A stretch of DNA of 42,783 nt from an uncultured Candidatus Saccharibacteria bacterium (lineage in GTDB: Bacteria; Patescibacteriota; Minisyncoccia; Phycocordibacterales; UBA5272), in contig CAYYCT010000002.1 of assembly GCA_964470485.1 (NCBI GenBank), positions 1 through 42,783 on the forward strand, in the 5' to 3' direction. Below are positions 9,125 through 17,735 of the stretch, piece by piece (the stretch's first letter is position 1; each line of letters starts with the position of its first letter). The notes under the pieces were generated by a model, which saw only the letters and a program-made list of their open reading frames with translations, was not told the origin of the DNA and ran no database searches. Position numbers and translations under genes: made by a program.

Positions 9125-10273
9125 ATGACAGTAACAATAATATCGTTAATTGCTCTTTTGGTTCTTGTCGTTATCGTAGGTGGTGCACAATTTATTTATT
9201 CACAGGTTTCTTCTCATTCAAACACTATACAATCAGCTATGAAAACAAAAGCACTCGATATTTTTATATATCTAGGTATTGGTATTGCTCTCGTCACATC
9301 AGTGACTAATTTACTTCAGGTAGTCTTCTCAGCAATTGATCGTAGATTCGTGGATCTTCTTAGTTCCTATTCATATGTCGACGCATCACAGTCAGATGTA
9401 CGTTTTGCTATTGCTTCACTTGTTGTTATGTTTCCTATTTATGTAGGGTTATCATGGTATACAGCAAGTGATATTAAAAAGTTTCTATACAAACAAGACA
9501 TTCCTGTTCGCAAGATAATGATTTACTGTACATTGTTTGTTACAGTCCTTACTCTTATTGGGACACTCGTCTCCGTTATTTATACATATTTAGGAGGAGA
9601 AATTTCAGTTAGATTTGGATTGAAAGCAGTAAGTGTCTTTGTGGTTGCGCTTGCACTCTTTGGGTATTACTACTATTCACTACGACGTGACTATTCTAAA
9701 GAGACGTACATACCAACACTCATCACTCTACTTGCCACAGTATTTGTTCTTTCTGTCGCTATATGGAGTGTTTCTGTTATTGGTACGCCATCTGAAATGC
9801 GTGCAAAGAAAATTGATAGCACACGTCTGTCTGATATTTCTAGAATTCAACAAGAAGTCTTTAATCGTGTTCAGATGACAGACAAACTCCCAGTATCACT
9901 TAGTGAGCTTGATAATGCTTTTCAAGGGTATCAGGTCCCCGTTGATCCGATAACAAAAGAAGTCTACGGGTATAGAATTGTTCAGCAGCCAGTTGTAAAG
10001 ATGGATTATGTAACTAACAAAAAAACTCTATCAACATCTGCTATTTTTGAACTTTGCGCAACATTTGATACTGTGCGTAAACTAGATGCAAGAGGACAAT
10101 CAATTGTAAGTACTCCTGTAATTAAGGATGGTATAGGTATTGGCGGACAGGATATCTTCTATTCAGCAGCTAACTATTACTATGAGGGGGATCAGTCGCC
10201 ATTTTGGAATCATGATATTGGAGAGACGTGCTTTAAGCGTATAATCTCCCCAGATATGTATTACGGAAGGTAA
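9125..10273 (+). CDS. multi-pass membrane protein of unknown function (DUF5671-like N-terminus) with an extracytoplasmic C-terminal domain
   Basis: 382 aa, with about 6 hydrophobic helices followed by a soluble domain of about 170 aa. Confidence 0.6.
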   Translation: MTVTIISLIALLVLVVIVGGAQFIYSQVSSHSNTIQSAMKTKALDIFIYLGIGIALVTSVTNLLQVVFSAIDRRFVDLLSSYSYVDASQSDVRFAIASLVVMFPIYVGLSWYTASDIKKFLYKQDIPVRKIMIYCTLFVTVLTLIGTLVSVIYTYLGGEISVRFGLKAVSVFVVALALFGYYYYSLRRDYSKETYIPTLITLLATVFVLSVAIWSVSVIGTPSEMRAKKIDSTRLSDISRIQQEVFNRVQMTDKLPVSLSELDNAFQGYQVPVDPITKEVYGYRIVQQPVVKMDYVTNKKTLSTSAIFELCATFDTVRKLDARGQSIVSTPVIKDGIGIGGQDIFYSAANYYYEGDQSPFWNHDIGETCFKRIISPDMYYGR

Positions 10274-10393
10274 TCTAAAAAGTAGTTCATATAACCCTTA
10301 CATAAAGTAGGAAAAAAGGCGGTACTATAGGCACTGTCTTTTTTCTTTTGTATTTTGAGAGCATACGATAATCTGTTAGTATTGATAGTATCT

Positions 10394-13255
10394 ATGGCAA
10401 GCTATAATCATAATGATATTGAAAAGAAGTGGCAGAAAAAATGGGAGGATGAAAAGCTCTATGCTACGAATACAAAGAGTGATAAAAAGAAATGGTTTGG
10501 CCTTGTGGAGTTTCCATACCCCTCCGGGGCGGGACTTCATGTTGGGCATGTACGTAGCTATACTGGAATGGATATCATTGCTCGCAAGCGACGAATGGGA
10601 GGTAATGAGGTTCTTTTCCCAATAGGATGGGATGCGTTTGGTCTTCCAGCTGAGAACTACGCGATCAAGACAGGTATACATCCAAGCATTACCACAAGAG
10701 AAAATATTGATACATTTCGTCGCCAACTAAAAGCCTGTGGTTTTTCCTTTGATTGGGATCGTGAAGTTGATACTACCGACCCCCAGTACTACAAATGGAC
10801 CCAGTGGATTTTCCTGCAGTTATATAGTAAGGGGTTGGCATATAAAAAAGAGATGCCTGTTAATTGGTGTCCAAAAGATAAGTGTGTGCTTGCTAATGAA
10901 GAAGTACTTGATGGGGCGTGTGAACGATGTGGTACGGCAGTACAGAAGAAGAATAAAGAGCAATGGATGCTCGGTATTACAAAATATGCAGAGCGACTCG
11001 ACAACGATCTTGATGATACTATTTTTTTGGATAAAATAAAAATTCAGCAAAGAAACTGGATTGGTATGTCAGAGGGGAGTGAAATAGATTTTAGACTGAA
11101 GACTACAGATAAAAAATTCGAGTCAACTTTTACGATTTTTACTACTCGCGCAGATACTCTTTTTGGTTGCACCTACTGTGTATTTGCACCAGAACATGCA
11201 CTTGTGGAGGATCTTTTAAAAAATGGGAATATTAAAAATAATGATGAGGTCAGGGTGTATAAGGAAAATGCAAGATTAAAAACTGATATCGACCGCTCTG
11301 CAGAAGGGAAGGAAAAGACTGGAGTTAAGTTAGAGGGGGTTGTTGCAGTTAATCCTGCAAACAATGAAGAAGTGCCCGTGTTTATCGCTGACTATGTATT
11401 GCCTGGATATGGAACTGGTGCGATTATGGCAGTGCCTGCTCACGATGAACGCGATTTTGAGTTCGCGAAGGCGTATAACATATCAGTTAAGGAAGTAATT
11501 TCACCTGAGACTGGTATACCTCAAGAAAATCCCGAGTTTAGAAAAAGTATTGTTGCGGTAGTTTGGAATAAAAAAAATAATACGTTCCTTAGTATTAATT
11601 GGGGGAAGACTATGGGGGGAAATCTTTTTGTTGGTGGCGGAGTAGAAGGGGACGAGGACATTATTGAATGTGCAAAACGAGAAGTTGAAGAAGAGACTGG
11701 CTATAAAAATGTCTCTTTCCTTGCAAAAACTATTCCAATTCATCATAGCTATTTTGCTCATTCTAAAAACATTGCTCGAAGAATCGAAGCAACAGGAGTT
11801 CTCTTTGAATTACTCGATGATGAAAAAGGAGAAGTTTCATTAGAGGAAAATGAGAAGAATAAATTTACAACGATGTGGCTTTCAGAAAAAGATGTGCTCA
11901 CTCTAGTCGTGGATCAGCTTCATAGTTTTGTATTTAAAAATGTAGTAAAACATGAGTTATATGCAGATGACGGCACTCTCATTAACTCAGATTTTTTCAA
12001 TGGGCTTACAAGCGCTGCCGCCCGTATCAAGATAACCGAAGCCGTTGGGGGAAGAATAGTAAAAAAGTCCAAGATGCGGGACTGGGTATTTGCACGTCAA
12101 AGGTATTGGGGTGAACCAATCCCACTTGTGTATGATAAGGACGGCACAATGTATCCCGTACACGAGAGTAATCTTCCAATTACACTTCCACAAGTTGATA
12201 AATATGAACCAACAGACAATGGGGAGTCGCCACTGTATCAGGTGCCAGAGTGGGTGCATGTAAAGGGGTACGTTGATGAAGACGGGTTTTTTCATGCCGA
12301 CACAACAAAAGAAGAAGTTTTTCGTCGTGAGACTGATACTATGCCACAATGGGCGGGGAGTTCATGGTATTTCATGCGTTATATTGATCCAAAAAACAAT
12401 GATGCGTTAGGTGAAAAAGAAATGATTTCAAAGTGGCTTCCGGTGGATTGGTATAACGGGGGAATGGAACATACCACTCTTCACCTGCTTTACTCTCGTT
12501 TTTGGTACAAATTTCTTTTTGATATAGGTCTTGTAAAAACGAGTGAGCCATATTATAAGCGCACATCACAGGGTATGATTCTTGGAGATGGTGGGGTAAA
12601 AATGAGTAAGTCACTCGGGAATGTAGTTAATCCAGATGACATTATTAAAGAGTATGGGGCAGATACACTTCGTTTATATGAAATGTTTATTGGCCCCTTT
12701 GATCAAGCTGTTGTATGGAATTCCAAAGCCGTTTCCGGAGTGCGTCGCTTTCTGGATAAAGTCTACAGCTTTAAGGAAAGAGTGGTAGATTCTACTACAA
12801 CAATCCACGCGACTCATCAACTGATCAAGAAAGTAACCGAGGATATTGAGACTATGTCATTTAATACATGTATTTCTCAAATGATGATATGGTCAAATAC
12901 TATAGAAAAAGAAGAGTCTCTTTCTAAAAAAGATCTCTCTCTTTTCCTTCAGATGCTTGCGCCATTTGCCCCGCATATTGCAGAGGAACTATGGCAAGAA
13001 ATTGGCATGAAAGAATCCGTACATAGTACTCCATGGCCAGAATTTGATCCTTCAATGCTCACGACTTCGGAGGTTACCATGGCATTTCAGGTTTCTGGTA
13101 AACTTCGAGGGACCATAGAAGTATCTCGTGATATGACTGATGAAGAGGTTATGGATATAGTAAAAAAACATGAAATGTACCAAAAATACATTGGAAATCA
13201 AGGGTTTAAGAAGGTTATTATTGTCAAAAATAAGATAGTCAATATCGTAATTTGA
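10394..13255 (+). CDS. leuS: leucine--tRNA ligase carrying an inserted Nudix domain
   Basis: HIGH motif (HVGH), KMSKS motif (VKMSKSLGN), CP1 editing-domain motifs (TTRADTLFG, GTGAIMAVPAHDERDFEFA) and RDWVFARQRYWGEPIP are all present. ATG 10394 is preferred over the upstream alternative start at 10355. Confidence 0.95.
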   Translation: MASYNHNDIEKKWQKKWEDEKLYATNTKSDKKKWFGLVEFPYPSGAGLHVGHVRSYTGMDIIARKRRMGGNEVLFPIGWDAFGLPAENYAIKTGIHPSITTRENIDTFRRQLKACGFSFDWDREVDTTDPQYYKWTQWIFLQLYSKGLAYKKEMPVNWCPKDKCVLANEEVLDGACERCGTAVQKKNKEQWMLGITKYAERLDNDLDDTIFLDKIKIQQRNWIGMSEGSEIDFRLKTTDKKFESTFTIFTTRADTLFGCTYCVFAPEHALVEDLLKNGNIKNNDEVRVYKENARLKTDIDRSAEGKEKTGVKLEGVVAVNPANNEEVPVFIADYVLPGYGTGAIMAVPAHDERDFEFAKAYNISVKEVISPETGIPQENPEFRKSIVAVVWNKKNNTFLSINWGKTMGGNLFVGGGVEGDEDIIECAKREVEEETGYKNVSFLAKTIPIHHSYFAHSKNIARRIEATGVLFELLDDEKGEVSLEENEKNKFTTMWLSEKDVLTLVVDQLHSFVFKNVVKHELYADDGTLINSDFFNGLTSAAARIKITEAVGGRIVKKSKMRDWVFARQRYWGEPIPLVYDKDGTMYPVHESNLPITLPQVDKYEPTDNGESPLYQVPEWVHVKGYVDEDGFFHADTTKEEVFRRETDTMPQWAGSSWYFMRYIDPKNNDALGEKEMISKWLPVDWYNGGMEHTTLHLLYSRFWYKFLFDIGLVKTSEPYYKRTSQGMILGDGGVKMSKSLGNVVNPDDIIKEYGADTLRLYEMFIGPFDQAVVWNSKAVSGVRRFLDKVYSFKERVVDSTTTIHATHQLIKKVTEDIETMSFNTCISQMMIWSNTIEKEESLSKKDLSLFLQMLAPFAPHIAEELWQEIGMKESVHSTPWPEFDPSMLTTSEVTMAFQVSGKLRGTIEVSRDMTDEEVMDIVKKHEMYQKYIGNQGFKKVIIVKNKIVNIVI
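11510..11971 (+). other. Nudix hydrolase domain inserted within LeuRS (ORF residues ~386-539)
   Basis: A Nudix box matching GX5EX7REUXEEXGU exactly, GGVEGDEDIIECAKREVEEETGY, lies at nt 11636-11704. The flanks are canonical LeuRS sequence. Confidence 0.8.
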
Positions 13256-13313
13256 CGTTTATGGCAAATTCTGGTAGAATAAGATTACTAATGTGTAATT
13301 ATTAAATATCATC

Positions 13314-14342
13314 ATGTCAGGCATAACTTTCAAACCAAAAGCCGTATCCAAGAAGATTCTAACAACACTCAACCCACGAACAAGAGAAATCGTGGTTAAT
13401 CGTTATGGTCTCGAAAAAGAAGACAGAATGACACTTGAAGCGATCGGTAAGACATATGATATTACTCGCGAACGTGTGCGGCAGATTGAAAACTTTGCAC
13501 TTACTTCGATTAAGAAATCAAAAGAATACAAGGAACACCTTTTTGTATTTGATGAACTTAAAAAAATCATAACTGAGCTTGGAGGGGTTGTCTCCGAAGA
13601 TCATCTCATGCGTTATATTTCTAAGGACCCTATTATTCAAAATCATATTAACCTGTACCTCGCCCTCGGAGAAGATTTTAAGAAGCACAAGGAAGACGAT
13701 CATTTCCATGCACATTTTACAACGAGCGACAAGACAGCCACACATGTTCGTGAGGCATTGCATAAGCTTTACACCTCTATTAGTGAAGAAGATCTTTTGA
13801 ATGAAGAAGAAATCTTTAATCGCTTCATGGGACACCTTAATGAACTTATTGCAGAATATAAAGACAATAAAGAAATCATCTATCGTTACCTCGCACTTTC
13901 AAAAGTCATTGGTAAAAACCAATTAAGCGAATGGGGGAGAACATCATCTCCACACGTGAAAGCTCGCGGTATTAAGGACTATGCATACCTCATTATGCGT
14001 CGTGCTAATCGCCCAATGCACTTCAAAGAGGTTGCTCTTGAAATCAATAAAACATTTGGTAAAAAAGCACATGTCGCAACATGCCATAATGAGCTCATCA
14101 AGGATTCTCGTTTTGTTCTTGTTGGTCGCGGAATGTACGGTCTTAAAGATTGGGGGCATACTGGCGGAGTTGTTCGTGATGTCATTGCTGAAGTTTTACG
14201 AGAAGCAGGACGCCCACTTTCAAGAGACGAAATTATTAAGCGCGTACTTGCAAAGAGAATTGTGAAGCCAAATACCGTGCTAGTCAACCTTCAAAATACA
14301 AAACATTTCCGTAAAGTTGCCGGAGAATATACATTGGCATAG
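13314..14342 (+). CDS. DNA-binding protein with a sigma-70 region-4-like HTH plus two HARE-HTH-like winged helices
   Basis: The N-terminus (REIVVNRYGLEKEDRMTLEAIGKTYDITRERVRQIE) resembles sigma region 4. The C-terminus (RPMHFKEVALEI ... DSRFVLVGRGMYGLKDW) resembles HARE-HTH. Confidence 0.7.
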   Translation: MSGITFKPKAVSKKILTTLNPRTREIVVNRYGLEKEDRMTLEAIGKTYDITRERVRQIENFALTSIKKSKEYKEHLFVFDELKKIITELGGVVSEDHLMRYISKDPIIQNHINLYLALGEDFKKHKEDDHFHAHFTTSDKTATHVREALHKLYTSISEEDLLNEEEIFNRFMGHLNELIAEYKDNKEIIYRYLALSKVIGKNQLSEWGRTSSPHVKARGIKDYAYLIMRRANRPMHFKEVALEINKTFGKKAHVATCHNELIKDSRFVLVGRGMYGLKDWGHTGGVVRDVIAEVLREAGRPLSRDEIIKRVLAKRIVKPNTVLVNLQNTKHFRKVAGEYTLA

Positions 14343-14381
14343 ATATGTAATACTCACCAGTAATTGACTGGTACATCAAAA

Positions 14382-14413
14382 ACCGCCCCTATCAAGGGCG
14401 GTGTTTGATTTTA
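14382..14413 (+). terminator. intrinsic terminator
   Basis: ACCGCCC-CUAUCAA-GGGCGGU followed by GUUUGAUUUU. Confidence 0.75.
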
Positions 14414-14462
14414 TTACATTTGCCAACAGCTTTCTCTATGTTGCCTATGGTATACTTTTCTC

Positions 14463-15989
14463 ATGCAATTTCTTATTGATATAGGGCTTTCAACACTATA
14501 TTTCTGTATCTTTCTTCTTTTATGTGCGTGGTCATGGCGCTTTTGGGTGATGTATGTGCAACAGAAAGCGTTTGCTAAAATTAATTGGGTAATGCTTGAA
14601 ATTAAACTTCCGCGCGAAATTAATAAATCTCCACTCGCGAGTGAAATGGCAATAGCAAGCTTGTTAATTAATAGCGGAGTTAGTACTAAGTATGATAGAT
14701 TTTTTAAAGGAAATCTTCCAATATATTCATCTTTAGAAATAGCTTCTATAGAAGGGGTGATACATTTTTATGTTCGTATCCAAAGAAGATTTAGACCACT
14801 CGTTGAATCTAATTTTTATGCACAATATCCAGGAATTGAAATTGTTGAAGCAGATGATTATACACGAGCTATTCGATTCCACCATCTTTCTAAAGAAGTA
14901 AATACGTGGGGGGTAACGTATAAGACAAGCAAAACCTGGAAGCCAATAAATCCAGAAACAGGCAAGGCTTATTCTAAATCTGGGAATGGTATTCCAAAAG
15001 ACGATGAAGACAACTATAGCATGAGCGCAGATTTTTTCCCCATTAAAACGTATGTTGATTATGGACTAGATAAAGACCCTAAAGAGGAGTTTAAAGTAGA
15101 CCCACTTTCACCACTTCTTGAAATAATGGGGAGTATTGGGAAGGGTGAGCATATGTGGTATCAAATACTTATTCAAGATGAAGGGCATTATAATGGAAGA
15201 AAAATGCCAAAGTTTTATATTAATGAGAAAACTCATAAGCATATGAGTCTCGCTGAAATGGTTGCACAATATAAGAAACAATTACGAACAAGTCATCATG
15301 TTATCAAAGGTGATAAATCGGTTAATGAATTCGGGGTTACCCTTAAGATAGATGGCCCACCTGATGCTGACGGTAAACCAACAAAAGTTGATGCAAGATA
15401 TCTTGAAACAAAACCTGTTAGTAAAAAAGAAATGGATCTTACCATGGAGGAAAAAGATGAAATAGAAAGTGTTAATGCCAAACTCTCTAAGCAGTTGGCG
15501 CTTTGTGTTATGAGATTAATGTATGTTACGAAAAAAGAAAACTTTGACGCACAACAAATTCCAAACACTATTTCTGTCTGTAGATTATTCAAAGGACAAA
15601 ATTCATTTATTCCAAAATTCACTACTGATCCATATGAATATCCGTGGCAAGATGTTGGTAAAAAACATTCATACTGGCGTGCAGAAGAAATGTTTGAGGC
15701 ATATGTAGAGCGTGAAGGCTTTTTCACTCATTCAGAAAGCAGGGAATCACTTGAGAGGTGGGAAGATTTATTTTTCTGGGCATCTAGTATGAAGCAACGA
15801 AAACTTTTTAGAATGATGTATGAAAATATTTTTTATCCGTTTAGTCACCCACAGTCAAAAGAAGCCTTTACCTTGAATCTGGAGGAAGTCGCGACATTAT
15901 GGCACCTCCCAGGGGCAACAGCAACAACTCCGTCACTGCCTCGTATTGATAGCAATAAGGGAGTTGCCCCATCTAATCTTCCAATATAA
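14463..15989 (+). CDS. hypothetical membrane-anchored protein (508 aa)
   Basis: Long ORF with an N-terminal TM pair. No catalytic motif is recognisable to me. Confidence 0.6.
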   Translation: MQFLIDIGLSTLYFCIFLLLCAWSWRFWVMYVQQKAFAKINWVMLEIKLPREINKSPLASEMAIASLLINSGVSTKYDRFFKGNLPIYSSLEIASIEGVIHFYVRIQRRFRPLVESNFYAQYPGIEIVEADDYTRAIRFHHLSKEVNTWGVTYKTSKTWKPINPETGKAYSKSGNGIPKDDEDNYSMSADFFPIKTYVDYGLDKDPKEEFKVDPLSPLLEIMGSIGKGEHMWYQILIQDEGHYNGRKMPKFYINEKTHKHMSLAEMVAQYKKQLRTSHHVIKGDKSVNEFGVTLKIDGPPDADGKPTKVDARYLETKPVSKKEMDLTMEEKDEIESVNAKLSKQLALCVMRLMYVTKKENFDAQQIPNTISVCRLFKGQNSFIPKFTTDPYEYPWQDVGKKHSYWRAEEMFEAYVEREGFFTHSESRESLERWEDLFFWASSMKQRKLFRMMYENIFYPFSHPQSKEAFTLNLEEVATLWHLPGATATTPSLPRIDSNKGVAPSNLPI

Positions 15990-15997
15990 AAACGGTT

Positions 15998-16903
15998 ATG
16001 CAAGATAAGAAAAAATATACCACGTTTATTGTGACAGCACTCACACTATGTATCCTTGGATGGTATGTGTATCAACAAGTTTTTTCAATACCAGGAGGGT
16101 TTCCTGTTGGTAAACAGTTTACTGTTAACGAAAATGAATCACTTAAAAGTATTAGTGAGAGACTTGCCATAGAGGGATATATTAATACACCGACCCTTTT
16201 TCGAACAGGGATTTCTTTTTTTGGTAAAGATAAGAACATTCAACTTGGAGGATATATCTTTAATTCCCCTCAGACACTTTTTAATATTATAGAGATTTTT
16301 GTAAGAGGGCAGCCAAAAACACCGCTTCTTTCTGTTACTATTCCTGAAGGAAGTACATTGCTTGAAGTTTCTGAAATAGTAACAAAAGCTATTCCATCAA
16401 TCTCGGTTAATGATTTTAACAAACTTGTCCTAGATACAAATGCAAACGGAAAATTGTTTCCATCAACGTATTTTCTCCTTCCATCATATACTGGAAGTGA
16501 TATTTTGAAAGTAATGCTTTCTGCATTCACAAAAAAAGCAGAGAATCTAATTCTTAATTCAGATATTCCACAACCACTTGCAGGAGTAGAAGATGTTATC
16601 ATTTTGGCATCGCTTGTTGAAGGGGAGGCAAAAGGAGAAAATGATATGAAGTTAGTTTCTGGGGTTTTACTTTCTCGCCTTTCTAAAGGTATGCCACTTC
16701 AAGTTGATGTTGCCAGAGAAACATATAGACGAAAAGGGCTTCCCGCTTCACCAATTAATAATCCAGGCCTTGTAGCAATTAATGCAGTGCTTCATCCAAC
16801 AGTTACGGATTACGTATATTATATAACGGGAAATGATGGACAGATGTACTATGCAAAAACGTTTGAAGAACATAAAAAAAATATAAAAAAATACTTAAAA
16901 TAA
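15998..16903 (+). CDS. mltG: endolytic murein transglycosylase MltG (YceG family)
   Basis: N-terminal TM helix with YceG-like motifs LASLVEGEA and GLPASPINNPG ... YYITGNDGQMYYAKTFEEH. Confidence 0.85.
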   Translation: MQDKKKYTTFIVTALTLCILGWYVYQQVFSIPGGFPVGKQFTVNENESLKSISERLAIEGYINTPTLFRTGISFFGKDKNIQLGGYIFNSPQTLFNIIEIFVRGQPKTPLLSVTIPEGSTLLEVSEIVTKAIPSISVNDFNKLVLDTNANGKLFPSTYFLLPSYTGSDILKVMLSAFTKKAENLILNSDIPQPLAGVEDVIILASLVEGEAKGENDMKLVSGVLLSRLSKGMPLQVDVARETYRRKGLPASPINNPGLVAINAVLHPTVTDYVYYITGNDGQMYYAKTFEEHKKNIKKYLK

Positions 16904-17036
16904 GACTACACCTTAATCAGGGTTGAATGGTGCCGGGTACTTTTATTGGTAATTAGAAAAAATATATAAGAGATGATACACTTTAGTTCTCTTAGGATTT
17001 ACTAGTAGTTGTTATTAACAATTTTCCATCTATTTT

Positions 17037-17588
17037 ATGAAATTACATAACCTAGCATTTATTGACACAGAAACGACGGGGACAGATCCAGAAAAACATG
17101 AGATTATCGAACTTGCAGTTATTATTGCTCGCCAGGTTCCACGTGAAGGAAGGGGTCCGAAACTAGAAATTATCGAAGAATGTGAGTGGAAAATAAAACC
17201 CGAGCATATTGAGCGCGCTGAAGAGCAAGCACTTCGTGTGAATGGGTACAATGAGGTTGATTGGATGTTTGCCGTTGATAGAAAAAAAGCCATGGAAGAA
17301 TTTGCCAAAAAAACTCAAAGCTGTTCTTTCGTTTCTCACAACCTTGTATTTGATTATGCCTTTGTAACGAAAGCATTTGAAGAGACAAATATTGATAATC
17401 AAATGCACTATGCAAAAATTGATACTATATCGCTCGCATTTGCCCGTCTCTACGACGCTCCACAGGCTGACAAGTTTTCTCTAAGATCATTATGTGAACT
17501 ATTAAAAGTAGAAAATTCGAAAGCCCATACCGCACTTGCTGATACTCGCGCACTTGTTGAGGTGTACAAAAAACTAATGGGGGCGTAG
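17037..17588 (+). CDS. DEDDh 3'-5' exonuclease (DnaQ/epsilon-like)
   Basis: Exo I FIDTETTG, Exo II SHNLVFDYAF and Exo III HTALADT are present. Confidence 0.85.
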   Translation: MKLHNLAFIDTETTGTDPEKHEIIELAVIIARQVPREGRGPKLEIIEECEWKIKPEHIERAEEQALRVNGYNEVDWMFAVDRKKAMEEFAKKTQSCSFVSHNLVFDYAFVTKAFEETNIDNQMHYAKIDTISLAFARLYDAPQADKFSLRSLCELLKVENSKAHTALADTRALVEVYKKLMGA

Positions 17589-17634
17589 TCTTGCTAGAGG
17601 GTTTCCAGGTAACAGTAGTACTATTTCACTATTT

Positions 17635-17663
17635 TTGAAATAGTTTGTCAATTATGCTATAAT
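17635..17663 (+). promoter_or_regulatory. sigma-70-type promoter of uvrA
   Basis: TTGAAA (17635-17640), a 17-nt spacer and TGcTATAAT (TATAAT at 17658-17663) lie about 70 nt upstream of ATG 17736. Confidence 0.55.
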
Positions 17664-17735
17664 GCATCAATTACCATGTTGGCTATTGTTGGGGTATTGC
17701 GTCAACCTAGGCACTAACATTATTTTTTACAATCT

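Noticed and set aside
10274-10393. T-box leader upstream of leuS.
   Set aside because: The spacer is only about 120 nt and AT-rich, with no specifier-loop/terminator architecture and no T-box consensus (AAUUAGGGUGGUACCGCG-like).
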